DNA of 64,000 nucleotides from Candidatus Poseidonia alphae (GTDB lineage Archaea > Thermoplasmatota > Poseidoniia > Poseidoniales > Poseidoniaceae). Location: the NCBI GenBank assembly GCA_002505405.1, contig DAVD01000037.1, positions 187 to 64,186 on the forward strand. Reading direction: 5' to 3'. Positions 18,520 through 28,652 of this stretch are shown here, piece by piece (position 1 is the first letter of the stretch; each line of letters begins with the position of its first letter). The notes beneath the pieces are model-generated. The model made no database searches, had not been told where the DNA came from, and saw only the letters and a program-made list of their open reading frames with translations. Both the position numbers and the translations under genes were made by a program.

Positions 18520-19278
18520 TCACTTCTGAACGGGTTGCAATCCCTCTGCTTCCCCGTCCCAACCATAGGGCCATCCGTTTTCATCTACAAATACAATATT
18601 GACGCCATGCCCGGATTTATGAAAGCCAATCAACTGAATTTCATGGATGCTGTGACCACTTGGGGCCTTCCCTAGAACCGGAAGGCGATGGCGAGCGAAG
18701 AATGACCGCTTTCTCGGTGCGTTTTTTTCGCCTACCCCTTTCATTGAGCGACGCGTCCCCTCAACATCATCAAACCACGGTAGCGGCCCCTCGGGAGAAA
18801 ACCTCAGGCCCAAAATCATGTCAATTCCAGTGGTCTCTTGTGCAGCATCAGCATCGGGTCCACTGGGGATTGCGGGAGCGTTTGGATGTGTATGGAGCCA
18901 ATGCGTAAATCGGCCCGCTCTTGAGCCGCGCTGGCTCGAAAACATGTCATCGGTCCAATCCTCCGGGAGGTGGTGGACGGAGTAGGAATCGCCGCGATTT
19001 ACGATGTGAGCCTCACTGATGGTGTAGCCCTGGCCTTGGAACAAATTCCCATGGACTTCATCACCGGAAAAATAGGCATCAACCTGAGGTTTGTGGGGTT
19101 GCTTTGGGTCGATGTCAATCCCAACCAATATTTCGTCTGGAAGCGCCTGTAAAGCCCACCATACGAGCGACTGAAACACCGGCCCAGGCAGGTGTATCTG
19201 AGCCATGTAACCGCTACGCTGCTCGTAAGAATCGCGGTTATAGGACACCATCAATGTCTCCAACCAATCCTCCACCAT
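18520..19278 (-). CDS. JAMM/MPN+ metalloprotease-like protein (second copy in the window)
   Basis: HTHPNAPAIPSGPD is an exact H-x-H-x7-S-x2-D match (nt 18894..18853). The start is taken at Met60 of the track ORF (19278) to avoid overlap with the divergent gene; Met84 (19206) is also possible. Confidence 0.7.
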   Translation of the reverse strand: MVEDWLETLMVSYNRDSYEQRSGYMAQIHLPGPVFQSLVWWALQALPDEILVGIDIDPKQPHKPQVDAYFSGDEVHGNLFQGQGYTISEAHIVNRGDSYSVHHLPEDWTDDMFSSQRGSRAGRFTHWLHTHPNAPAIPSGPDADAAQETTGIDMILGLRFSPEGPLPWFDDVEGTRRSMKGVGEKNAPRKRSFFARHRLPVLGKAPSGHSIHEIQLIGFHKSGHGVNIVFVDENGWPYGWDGEAEGLQPVQK

Positions 19279-19356
19279 GAACCACCCAAGGAGAAGTTCA
19301 CCATCAAGGGTCCGACGAGGACAATCTTTGAAGAAGGGTAATGGCAAGGGTAAACC

Positions 19357-20091
19357 ATGGCGAAGAAGAAGGGCGGATTCGGTAGGTTTCTCGGGGCCAT
19401 CACCGGTAGCCCTTACGAAAAGATGTTGAAACAGGTTGACAAACTGGTTGACCAATACGGCGAAGAAGAAGAGGAACTCGCTTCACAACTCGAAGCGCTG
19501 GTTGACCAGGCAGGAGATTTGTTCGAGGCCGAAGACATCGATGAAGAAGAACATGACCTCCTTGTCGAAGCCATTGAAGAAGCCGACCCAGAAGGTCGTG
19601 TATTCGGTAAATTAGGGACGGAAGAAGACGCATTCTATGCAGGTGATGTTCCCAATGCGCCTGACCTTAACACGGGCAAGCGGATCAACTTAGACGACCT
19701 CATGAAATCCAAGGGTGATGAATTCACCGGAAGTTTTGGAAAAGAAGAGTTCGATGAATTCCGTGAAAAGATGACCGATGATTTCTATCAAGAGTCGGAC
19801 AATGCAATTCGTCAAGGTGACCACCAAGCAGAGATTCGAACAACAAACCGCGTCTTTGGAGGAGCCGAATCGGATGTTGACGATGCAAAGCGCCGCATTT
19901 CCGAGGAATCTGGAATGGCCAATCCCAGTGCTGCCGAAGAAGTTGAAGAAGTACTTGAAGAAGAAGAGGACGAAGGCGATGATAATTATTCCATTGATGA
20001 AAACGGTGTTGAATGGTTTGAGGACGAAGATGGCTACTGGTGGTACCGAGAGGAAGGCCAAGCCGACTGGCAACCTTACGACGAAGAGTGA
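19357..20091 (+). CDS. Highly acidic hypothetical protein with a basic N-terminus and a Trp-rich WW-like C-terminus
   Basis: MAKKKGGFGRFLG..., long D/E runs, C-terminal GVEWFEDEDGYWWYREEGQADWQPY. Confidence 0.6.
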   Translation: MAKKKGGFGRFLGAITGSPYEKMLKQVDKLVDQYGEEEEELASQLEALVDQAGDLFEAEDIDEEEHDLLVEAIEEADPEGRVFGKLGTEEDAFYAGDVPNAPDLNTGKRINLDDLMKSKGDEFTGSFGKEEFDEFREKMTDDFYQESDNAIRQGDHQAEIRTTNRVFGGAESDVDDAKRRISEESGMANPSAAEEVEEVLEEEEDEGDDNYSIDENGVEWFEDEDGYWWYREEGQADWQPYDEE

Positions 20092-20429
20092 TTGGACCAA
20101 ATGTCCAGTTCTGTCACAGTGAACTTGATCATTCCATAATCTGCTCCGAGTTCAAGCATGGCTTGGTTTTTGGACGGTTCACTTGACATTGCAACGATGG
20201 TATGAGGCCTCGGCACTTCAGATGCAAGAAGTTCTTTCAAAACATCGTATCCACTGGTTGGGGGCATGAAGTGGTCAAGCAGCAACACATCTGGGTTGAA
20301 GGATTCAATGTGTGCGAGAGCATCACTGGAATTCCATCGCTGTTGAAATGTTAAATCACTGACGTCAATGCCTGATGAAACAAGCATGGTTTCAATGTCG
20401 TACATGTCTTCAAAGGCGAGGACTCGCAT
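20076..20429 (-). CDS. Stand-alone response-regulator receiver (CheY-like) domain protein
   Basis: VLAFED..., VLLLDHFMP (phospho-acceptor Asp), IVAMSS, K near the C-terminus. The 3' end overlaps the convergent gene by 16 nt. Confidence 0.7.
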   Translation of the reverse strand: MRVLAFEDMYDIETMLVSSGIDVSDLTFQQRWNSSDALAHIESFNPDVLLLDHFMPPTSGYDVLKELLASEVPRPHTIVAMSSEPSKNQAMLELGADYGMIKFTVTELDIWSNHSSS

Positions 20430-20438
20430 GGATGACCC

Positions 20439-22355
20439 TCATTCTGGAATCGGCTGTTGTTCCCACCACGGTGGTGCAAGGAACCACCGTTCGTCACCCA
20501 CAGGTCGATCGATCAGCGGTAGGCTAAGAGTTGACGATTCGTCAAAATTGACGTTAAGGCCGATGGAAGCACACGGGCTGGGCAGGTAGTCTTCTCCGCT
20601 CTCCGTTAGAACGATTTCAATTTGTGTTCCCTCCGTCAGCATGACGTCCAGTGGATTGAATTCCATGAGCATGATATACGATTGGAACGGCAGTGCAGTT
20701 TTGGCTTCATAGCCTCCGTCACGGTAACGCACATCCATCGTTGCATGACCTAATCGAAGACCGTCCCCGTACATTGTGGCGAATATTTGGCCCCCTTGGC
20801 ACGCTAGTGTATCTACGGAGAGATGAAGCGTAGGCATACCTGAGATGTGAATCGGTTCCTCAAGGGGTTCGAGTTGGAACGAACGTTGATTGTTGGCGTT
20901 GACCGTTCCCCCTGAACCTTCGGCGGCGTCCAGCGTTACCGGCCACCATGTCATGTCTTCAGGGGGCCAGGTTTCCTCAACATGCCATTTTCCGTCGTTG
21001 GTTTGAATTTGTACCATGGGTTCAGGTTCCTCTCCGATATCCTTGAGATAGTAGTTGAACCAAGCAAAGAGTTCCACGGCCCAATCCATTCTGCTCATGT
21101 TCGGATATGCCTCTCGCCCGTAGCCGGACGACAGTTCACTGTGTCGGTCAGGTTGATCGGGGTAATTGTGTGCCCACTGGCCTGAAATTGCTCGAGCATT
21201 GATGCCTGCATCCCGAAGGAGCTGGTACGTTGGGAAGGCATGGTAAGGGTCAACGTTCCAATCTTGAAGCCCCCAAACCAAATACACACTTCCTTGATAA
21301 TTCTCGAGAACATCAGGGAGGTGGCGTCGCTCGTCCCAATAGTCGTTCCATTCTGCGCCACCAAATTCCGCTCCGGCCCAAGTAGAAAACGGGTTGAGAG
21401 GCCCGATGAGGTCGTCACTGCACATGCGCATGTCGTCGGTTGTACCGTCGGTTGTTGCACCTTCGTAGAGAGCGTCGTAAAGCATGGCTCTTGCCTCTGA
21501 AGAGCCGTTGCGGTAGAACATTTCTTGAACGCCGATTGACCCTGAAATGGGTACGATGGTCTTCAGATGTTCAGAAGGTTGCTGTGCTGCCTCCCAATTG
21601 GTCGTTCCAGCGTAGGATTTACCCATGAGGCCAACGTTACCGTTGGACCATTCCTGTTCGCCGAGCCAGTCGACAACGGCTTGAATTCCAGTCTGTTCCC
21701 CCAGCCCCTTCACGTCTTGGCAGTGTGTGGATTGACCCGTTCCAAACGTTGAGGCTTGGGCGAGCGCATACCCGTGCGGTACAAACGTATCGTAAACCCA
21801 TTTTCCAACGCCGCCATCGGGTACAGTGTTGGGGGAGGAGTCATCGCCGACCACGCCTTCTCCGCCGAAATCATAGTACGGGTGAATGGTCATGATCACT
21901 GGAATCTTCTCTCCCTCGGGGACGTCAGGCAGCCACAGGGCAACATGCATCAGTGCATCTCCAGGGAAGCCCGCGTCTTGTTCACTCGCAGGCAAGTCAA
22001 CTTCGATGAAATGTTCCTCGTAAGGGAGTGCCTCGTAGGTTCCATTCACGGGGAGTTGAGCTCGCAACGTATCCATTGGGAGGTCCATTGTGTGACGAAG
22101 TTCAAGGGGAGTCTCCCACCATTCGCCAGAGAAAGAACCGTTTTCTTTGGCCGATTGTGTGAGGTTAGTTCCAAGCGTCATTGCGAGCATGAGGACGGCG
22201 ATGGAAACGGCGATGGTCGCTCCGGCTGAGAGGTTCAACTGGCGACGCCCTTTGCCTTCCACGGGCTCAAAAGGAGCACCTTCATCGGTTGGCGCATCAA
22301 CAAGGGCAGCATCGAGTGCCAGACTGACACTTACGGTCTGCGGGACGGCGCTCAT
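20439..22355 (-). CDS. Secreted/anchored X-Pro dipeptidyl-peptidase (S15) / CocE-NonD family hydrolase
   Basis: Nucleophile elbow GLMGKSYAGT. N-terminal hydrophobic anchor AGATIAVSIAVLMLAMTLG. The start is taken at Met51 (cat at 22353-22355). Confidence 0.8.
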   Translation of the reverse strand: MSAVPQTVSVSLALDAALVDAPTDEGAPFEPVEGKGRRQLNLSAGATIAVSIAVLMLAMTLGTNLTQSAKENGSFSGEWWETPLELRHTMDLPMDTLRAQLPVNGTYEALPYEEHFIEVDLPASEQDAGFPGDALMHVALWLPDVPEGEKIPVIMTIHPYYDFGGEGVVGDDSSPNTVPDGGVGKWVYDTFVPHGYALAQASTFGTGQSTHCQDVKGLGEQTGIQAVVDWLGEQEWSNGNVGLMGKSYAGTTNWEAAQQPSEHLKTIVPISGSIGVQEMFYRNGSSEARAMLYDALYEGATTDGTTDDMRMCSDDLIGPLNPFSTWAGAEFGGAEWNDYWDERRHLPDVLENYQGSVYLVWGLQDWNVDPYHAFPTYQLLRDAGINARAISGQWAHNYPDQPDRHSELSSGYGREAYPNMSRMDWAVELFAWFNYYLKDIGEEPEPMVQIQTNDGKWHVEETWPPEDMTWWPVTLDAAEGSGGTVNANNQRSFQLEPLEEPIHISGMPTLHLSVDTLACQGGQIFATMYGDGLRLGHATMDVRYRDGGYEAKTALPFQSYIMLMEFNPLDVMLTEGTQIEIVLTESGEDYLPSPCASIGLNVNFDESSTLSLPLIDRPVGDERWFLAPPWWEQQPIPE

Positions 22356-22402
22356 ACCATGACGACCGAGTTCAGTCTCAAGAGGCTGACGCTTTGCCGT
22401 GT

Positions 22403-22858
22403 TCAGACGGCAGGCTCTGCATTGGGGCTTGGCAGTGCTCGCAGCAGCCCCATTGCGTGGAGTAAAATTCCCATGGCGATGACGCCATGGACAAGCGAGA
22501 CCCAATGCATCTTAGCAAACATTTCACCCAAGCCGTACTGCAGAACCCATGCAGACAGCAAACCGAATGACATTCCCTTGAGTTTGGAGTCGTCAGTCTT
22601 GGACATCACGACAAAGACAACCAATCCGATACAGGCAAGCAATCCGATTTGAGCGGTCCAAGCATGACTTGGTGCAGTATTGTAATCGTACAGTGATGAC
22701 AAGCCGGTTGAGGCTTGACTGAGCGTTGTTATGATGACGATGACAACCGTCCATCGAGCGTATTTGAGCATGTTTTCATTGGTCGAGTTTCCTTCCATGG
22801 TGGGGGAATAGAACCTCTGCTTTTTCTGTCTAGCGGTCATTTCTAACATCATCCGCAC
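22403..22858 (-). CDS. Hypothetical membrane protein
   Basis: Four hydrophobic segments. No recognised motif. Confidence 0.45.
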   Translation of the reverse strand: MRMMLEMTARQKKQRFYSPTMEGNSTNENMLKYARWTVVIVIITTLSQASTGLSSLYDYNTAPSHAWTAQIGLLACIGLVVFVVMSKTDDSKLKGMSFGLLSAWVLQYGLGEMFAKMHWVSLVHGVIAMGILLHAMGLLRALPSPNAEPAV

Positions 22859-22889
22859 GATTCATGGGGGAGATGCTCCTGCGACAACC

Positions 22890-23873
22890 ATGACTCGCCC
22901 GATGGTGATACGGTCGCTGCTTATGGTCGGCCTGTTTCTAACCGTCTTGCTGCCCTCAACAATTGGGGCACAACAAGCTGAACCCTTGTGGCGCAGCAAC
23001 GGTCTTGACCCGACGCTGTGGGATGACCGCCCTGAAACAGAAGATTCGCCGATGATGGAGTCGTACAAAGGAAATGCTATCATTGAAGTTCAAGTGACCT
23101 ATCAAGAAGGGCATCTTGCAGGGCAATCGGATGGTATCATCATCATTGAACTCTTTGAAGAATGGGCCCCTATTACAACGGACAACATGATCTCACACGT
23201 TGAATCAGGGTTGTATGACGGCATCTTTTTCCATCGTGTAATCAATGATTTCGTGACACAATCTGGTGACCCGACATGCAAAACTCTTGGAGTTTATCCT
23301 GCAACTGCACCATCCTGTGGAAGCGGTGGTACGGGCGAGACCATACCTCTCGAACTCAATGGCAACCTTTCGCATGTGGATGGCGCCCTTGGAATGGCCC
23401 GAGGTCAAGACCCTGACTCCGCAGACGCGCAGTGGTACATCGCTGAAACAGAAGCTCACAATTTGGACCCGGAAAACCGAGACGATGAGGGCTATGCTAC
23501 CTTTGGAATTGTTCGAGATGGAATGTCGCACATCCGTGCAATTGCCGAAACGCCAACGTCCGATGAGCCTACAGGGACCGATTTGGACAACCCGTTTGCT
23601 TCAGGGGGAAGGCCCCTTTATCAAGCGAAAATCATCTCCATGGAAATGATTGGAGTGGCGGACCCGGACGGTACAATCCGCAATCCCCCTGCCGATGTTA
23701 TTGAGAGCAGTTCATTTGGTGAGACCGTCGTGAAGATCATGACCATCTCACTTGTTCTTCTTCTGCTCGCAGCCATCCCCGTCATTGTTTATCGAGGGCG
23801 GAGTGAAGAGCCGTTGGGAATGTACAAGGAAGCCATTATAACTGATGCTGAACTTGTTGATGATGGGATGTGA
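22890..23873 (+). CDS. Extracytoplasmic cyclophilin-type peptidyl-prolyl isomerase with signal peptide and C-terminal TM anchor
   Basis: FHRVINDFVTQSGDP cyclophilin core. N-terminal LLMVGLFLTVLLPS. C-terminal IMTISLVLLLLAAIPVIVYRGR. Confidence 0.85.
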   Translation: MTRPMVIRSLLMVGLFLTVLLPSTIGAQQAEPLWRSNGLDPTLWDDRPETEDSPMMESYKGNAIIEVQVTYQEGHLAGQSDGIIIIELFEEWAPITTDNMISHVESGLYDGIFFHRVINDFVTQSGDPTCKTLGVYPATAPSCGSGGTGETIPLELNGNLSHVDGALGMARGQDPDSADAQWYIAETEAHNLDPENRDDEGYATFGIVRDGMSHIRAIAETPTSDEPTGTDLDNPFASGGRPLYQAKIISMEMIGVADPDGTIRNPPADVIESSSFGETVVKIMTISLVLLLLAAIPVIVYRGRSEEPLGMYKEAIITDAELVDDGM

Positions 23874-23877
23874 TGCT

Positions 23878-24447
23878 ATGGGATGTTCAAACCGGTTCAC
23901 AGTCTGCTTGGTACTTTGCCTGTTTCTCTCAGGTTGTATCTCCTCCGATTCAGCGATAGAGGAACCTGAAAGTGCCGTTGATGAACCCTCTGTTGTAGAA
24001 GCACAACTTGTTCCGGAATGGACCGCAATTTCCAATAACGGTACTGAATTTAACCGAACCATAATGTCCCAAGGTGCTTACATCGCTTACTTTTCAGCAC
24101 CTTGGTGTTCGCATTGTGAAACCACCCTTGATGCTTACGACAGCGTGATTCCAGAAGGTAGAATGATGGTTTTTTCCCAAGATGATAACCCTGATTTTTC
24201 CAACATGAGCACCTGGCACGAAACCACGGAATCCAACCTCAATCGTTCCATTAACCGGCCGTTCATGCTCATGCCGGAATTTTCAAGCGAATTGGGTGTG
24301 AAGTCAATTCCCCATGTCGCTTTTGTCAACGAACAAGGGTACGTGTTCCAAACAGAGGTCGGAAAACGAACCAATCAAACCACGATTGGAGAGATTTGGA
24401 ATGCGACGTTGATTGCGAGCTTCAATGAAACAACCGGATGGTCATGA
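23878..24447 (+). CDS. Thioredoxin-fold (TlpA/ResA-like) thiol-disulfide oxidoreductase, lipobox-type signal
   Basis: CLFLSGCISS lipobox-like motif; FSAPWCSHCE (CxxC). ATG 23878 lies 4 nt after the PPIase stop. Confidence 0.7.
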   Translation: MGCSNRFTVCLVLCLFLSGCISSDSAIEEPESAVDEPSVVEAQLVPEWTAISNNGTEFNRTIMSQGAYIAYFSAPWCSHCETTLDAYDSVIPEGRMMVFSQDDNPDFSNMSTWHETTESNLNRSINRPFMLMPEFSSELGVKSIPHVAFVNEQGYVFQTEVGKRTNQTTIGEIWNATLIASFNETTGWS

Positions 24448-24449
24448 CC

Positions 24450-25604
24450 CTAGGGTCGGCATTCAACGTCATAGACCACATGGCGGACATATGGGGCATA
24501 CCATTTGACCCGCTCAAGATGGTCACCTCGAATGGTAAATCCAAGTTTCATACTGTCACTCAGGGATTGAAATTGTTCAATCGTACTGCGTTTCCAATCG
24601 CTGATCTCTTCATCTTTTACATTCATGTGGACGTGCAACCAACCTCCCTGGGGTTTCAGAGCTTGTAAACACAGACCCCACACGGCTTCTGACGATGGAA
24701 GCAAGCCAAGATGGCATCGGTCAGCGATTCCTTTGAGTTGGGGAAGCGACTTCTGATTGTTTCCGCGATAAACGGTTATCCTGTCGGTAATGCCGTTTGC
24801 TTCCGCTCCACGAACAAGTCCATCAATGGATGGTTGGTTCATTTCGCACGCATGAACGTGAGCAGCCCCTGCATTGATGAGCATGGGAAACGAATAGTAG
24901 CCGACTCCAGCAAAAGCATCTACAATTGTTTCACCCCTCATGTCCATCGCCCCGATACGACGACGTTCGGTGACGTTGCCGGAGGAAAACATAACTTGAG
25001 CGGCATCAAACTCATAGTGAATACCGTGGTCAATGAACTTCACGAGCGAGGTGCCGAGAAGAACGGTGGCTTGAGATGAACGAACAGCATCGTTCGCAAT
25101 CGGTGATTGAATGCCTACACTTGTGACGTTTAGAGCGGAGGCGATGGCACGCCAAAGTTTACTTTGGTCTTCGGGAGAACATCCCGCCCAAATCTCTTGA
25201 CTGAAACTGCCAGATGGAAAGAGCACAAGTTCTCCAAGACGTTCCCACTTCTTAGGAAGTGTATCAAGGAAGGGCTGGAGGTTGGCTATCTGTTGTTTTG
25301 AGGCCAAGCGGGTTAACCACTCCTCCACCACGTTTCGAAGCCGATTGTGTGGGTCCACAGTTTCCATCACATGAGGAGTGCGCAAAATCAATTGCACGGG
25401 GCGATTGGTGATTGCAGAAATGTCGTTTTTCAACGATGCAGAGAGGTCGATAGAAAGGAGGGGGAACGCGATGAAATCATCTTCATGTTCAACCGGTGCG
25501 ATGTGTAAATGCAAGATTTTTTGGGATTTGAGCAGCGCATGGACGCGCGCTCCTTGAAGGCGATGAACTGCAAGGAAAGGGTGTACGCTTTCCTCATGGT
25601 TCAT
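24450..25604 (-). CDS. Trm5/Taw2 (Met-10+) family tRNA methyltransferase / wybutosine-pathway enzyme
   Basis: IVDAFAGVGYYSFPML SAM motif. Class I MTase C-terminal half with an N-terminal D1/D2-like extension. Confidence 0.75.
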   Translation of the reverse strand: MNHEESVHPFLAVHRLQGARVHALLKSQKILHLHIAPVEHEDDFIAFPLLSIDLSASLKNDISAITNRPVQLILRTPHVMETVDPHNRLRNVVEEWLTRLASKQQIANLQPFLDTLPKKWERLGELVLFPSGSFSQEIWAGCSPEDQSKLWRAIASALNVTSVGIQSPIANDAVRSSQATVLLGTSLVKFIDHGIHYEFDAAQVMFSSGNVTERRRIGAMDMRGETIVDAFAGVGYYSFPMLINAGAAHVHACEMNQPSIDGLVRGAEANGITDRITVYRGNNQKSLPQLKGIADRCHLGLLPSSEAVWGLCLQALKPQGGWLHVHMNVKDEEISDWKRSTIEQFQSLSDSMKLGFTIRGDHLERVKWYAPYVRHVVYDVECRP

Positions 25605-25655
25605 GGTAAGGGCATGAGGGGAACTGCTTTCAAGTTCCCGTTCATAGCCCGTACG

Positions 25656-28649
25656 ATGTCGGCACTATGTTTGAATAAGAATCGGTCCAATCCGCTCATT
25701 CCAACCCTCATTGTTGGATTCCTTTTCCTCCAGGTTTGGGCGCCTCTTGCAAGTGCTGCGGGCATGCAATCCTGCAGTTCTCTGGGAGGTGAGTGTGACG
25801 AATACGACCACGCCGAAGACATGACTCCGAATCGTCAGGATTGGGTCGAAGGAATGTACGTTTTCGACTTGGTTTCAACCTCGAGTATCGAACTTGAACT
25901 GACTTGGGCCGTTCGTGAATTCGAGCGAGATTCTCTCGGGCTTGGTTCCGGAACGATTGTAGGAAACACACTTGAAAATACCGATGGACTCGACTCTAAC
26001 GACGGAGCCCCTGCTGATTTAATCCGTCAAATGTTCAACACAGAAACCGGTGGAAGTGGAACTCCAACGGTGGGTCAAAAACTGAAAAACGAAGTGAATG
26101 ATGCTATCGAAGACGCCCTTACAAGTGGATTTGGAACGGTAACAAGCCTCAGTACAAATTATGTCAATCAATATACCAATGCAGGCACAGTCACGCAATG
26201 CTCCACCGATGAAACAACCGATTCAGCTGCAGAAGGGGCCAGTCAAGACAACGTGTTTGAACCTCCATTGTGTTTTACTGCAGTGGCTTCCGTCGAATTG
26301 ATGTCCTCAAATTTCAATCTCGCTGGAAATGAAAATTTAGACCTTGAGCGTACCTACAAGGGGCTTTTGACGATGGGCGCAGACATCAACACTGGATTTG
26401 AGTTAACGACCCAACCCGGGCACAAAGCCGACTTCGTCATCAACCCTCCAGCATACTCTACGGTCTTGTCAGTGGATGATAACGGGTCGCTCGTTGCCCG
26501 TAACGGCCCTCCAAGTTACTGGGCTGCAGAATGGTCCATGGACCACCTAACCGCTCAAGAAGTCGACACGGATCTGCTTCAAAGCGTCGACTTGAAGATG
26601 GGACACCGCAACTCATCAGGAACCCCTACGGTGTGGGTGGATGAAGGAACAAAAGCCCTTGACTTAAATCTCGTTTTGGATTTACGCGATGAAGATGCAG
26701 CCACGATTGACTTTGTTGCAGGCTTGTATTATCTGGATGAGGCTACGCTCTCAGACTGGGGAGTCAACATGTTTGAAGTCTCTTCAGATGCTAGTATTCC
26801 GCTCATTACCTCCGATGGAATACGTCTTGCATACCATAACGGCATCATTGACCTAACGCAGTTTACCGATCAATTCCCGATTGGAGATATCGTGGAAGGA
26901 ATTGGCTCTACGGTAGCAGGCGTTGGAGAGATCACCATGAGCGACTTAGAATGGGTTTCAGAATCCGACGGAACAGGGAACTTTGAACAGCCTGGAGGGC
27001 TTAATTACAGCCATTCTACAGGATGTTCCGAACCCATACTATCGGGCCAAGAATTGAATTATTGTCTTGAGGGGGCGGTTGCAATGGATGCCACATATCC
27101 GGTTTACCTCCAAACAACGAGTGCACCTATTGAAAACATGAATCTCATCAGTATTCTCAAGGAATACAATACCAATGACATGGTGGATGACTTCCTTGAT
27201 GGAGTGCAGCAAAACGATTTGGAACGGTTGATGAATTCCGGAATAACGCTTGAGACAGTGCTTGATTCAAGTTACCTTGACGACATCATTCCAAGCAATC
27301 TTCCTCCATCTGAACTCACCGTTGAAATTCTCGTTCCCTCTTGGATTACTACCCTTGATGGAAGTTCAAAAATCATCTTAACAAAGACCATTGAAGGCTC
27401 ACAAGAAACGGATATTTCCTTCACAGGAACGGGCCCTTCCTATTCATGGGAGAGCGAAATTAAGAACGAACAAGATGACGTAATCTGCTATGCAAACCAG
27501 TCCACATGCATCAACAGTCAAATTACCCTGGATTGGGAGAAGTTTAATTTGAATGAATGGAGCCAATCCGTCAGTTTCACTTTTGCTTTAGATGCGGAAC
27601 TTAGCATTTACCGAATTGGAATCCCAACAGAGGACCTTCCGCAAGACGGAGATACAAAAGTCACCATGGAAGCAATCCCTTCAGACCTCATTCGTCTCAT
27701 TATTGACTTGTCCAGCAGAATGGAAGAGCCCTTGAACCATACAGTGGATTTGGATGGGGATGAAATCGAGATGGTGGCCACGCGGCAGGGAATGAAGGAC
27801 TTTACCGTACAGTTCGGAGAAACCGTAACCAAACTCATGCATCAGGCTGGAACAGACCTTGAATCTGAAGAAGGTGTTGAAAAAATGGACCTGAGTGGTT
27901 TTGAACTTAAAACGCAGATTTCAGGCATAGATGCTCCGGATGAGACCATATCAGATGAGGAGCCCATTACGTTGAAGGTTAGCATACCAAGGGTTACCTT
28001 TACTATTGGCTTGGACCTTGACACCGAAAAAATACAGAACCAAGACCCTGCTGGACTTGGCCTTAGCGTTGTTGCAGATGCCCTTACGACCTCGTTTATT
28101 CAACCTATGGAATGGGCAGCTAATGCTCTGACCACCGGGTTGACCAATTCGATTGCAAACATGAAGGGCATTACCTATCCTTACGAATTCAGCACAGGGG
28201 ATGTGAATACAACCGTTGAAGATGATTACGACCTCAATATCGCCGGTCCGATTTCTTTTTCGCTCCCTTGGGGCGTAGAAATTCAGGATTGGGATTCAAC
28301 ATCAGGCAACCTCAGGGTCACTGAAGATGGAGGTCGACAAACCATAACTTACGTGATTCCACCAGGCGAATTCAACGATGACATTTCATTCAGTATCCAT
28401 GTCAGTTGGATGTATTTCTTGCTTCAATTCTGGATTTACCCGACCATCGTGATCCTCCTTTTGGTCCTCTTTATTCGACGCCGTCGTAGGAAGAAGAAGG
28501 CCAAGAAGGAACGTTTGAAGCGGCGGGAAAGCAACATCAACAAGGCTCAACTTGGGGACCATGAGTTCTCGGACTTGGTAGGTTTTTCAAGCCCAGGGTT
28601 ACGGCGCGGGGAGTCCATTGAAGACATGGCTTCAATCGATGATTACTGA
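25656..28649 (+). CDS. Large secreted surface protein (about 997 aa) with C-terminal TM anchor and polybasic tail; no recognised domain
   Basis: Signal-like LIVGFLFLQVWAPLASAAG. C-terminal FWIYPTIVILLLVLFIRRRRRKKKAKK. Many N-x-S/T sequons. Start is ATG 25656. Confidence 0.7.
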   Translation: MSALCLNKNRSNPLIPTLIVGFLFLQVWAPLASAAGMQSCSSLGGECDEYDHAEDMTPNRQDWVEGMYVFDLVSTSSIELELTWAVREFERDSLGLGSGTIVGNTLENTDGLDSNDGAPADLIRQMFNTETGGSGTPTVGQKLKNEVNDAIEDALTSGFGTVTSLSTNYVNQYTNAGTVTQCSTDETTDSAAEGASQDNVFEPPLCFTAVASVELMSSNFNLAGNENLDLERTYKGLLTMGADINTGFELTTQPGHKADFVINPPAYSTVLSVDDNGSLVARNGPPSYWAAEWSMDHLTAQEVDTDLLQSVDLKMGHRNSSGTPTVWVDEGTKALDLNLVLDLRDEDAATIDFVAGLYYLDEATLSDWGVNMFEVSSDASIPLITSDGIRLAYHNGIIDLTQFTDQFPIGDIVEGIGSTVAGVGEITMSDLEWVSESDGTGNFEQPGGLNYSHSTGCSEPILSGQELNYCLEGAVAMDATYPVYLQTTSAPIENMNLISILKEYNTNDMVDDFLDGVQQNDLERLMNSGITLETVLDSSYLDDIIPSNLPPSELTVEILVPSWITTLDGSSKIILTKTIEGSQETDISFTGTGPSYSWESEIKNEQDDVICYANQSTCINSQITLDWEKFNLNEWSQSVSFTFALDAELSIYRIGIPTEDLPQDGDTKVTMEAIPSDLIRLIIDLSSRMEEPLNHTVDLDGDEIEMVATRQGMKDFTVQFGETVTKLMHQAGTDLESEEGVEKMDLSGFELKTQISGIDAPDETISDEEPITLKVSIPRVTFTIGLDLDTEKIQNQDPAGLGLSVVADALTTSFIQPMEWAANALTTGLTNSIANMKGITYPYEFSTGDVNTTVEDDYDLNIAGPISFSLPWGVEIQDWDSTSGNLRVTEDGGRQTITYVIPPGEFNDDISFSIHVSWMYFLLQFWIYPTIVILLLVLFIRRRRRKKKAKKERLKRRESNINKAQLGDHEFSDLVGFSSPGLRRGESIEDMASIDDY

Positions 28650-28652
28650 CCC

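Noticed and set aside
22356-22505. The N-terminal 50-codon extension of the S15 peptidase ORF. Similar upstream extensions occur at 25509-25655, 38853-38936, 49993-50064 and 19279-19455.
   Set aside because: The extensions are Arg/Cys/Trp-rich or overlap neighbouring genes. Internal Met codons give sensible signal peptides or domain starts.
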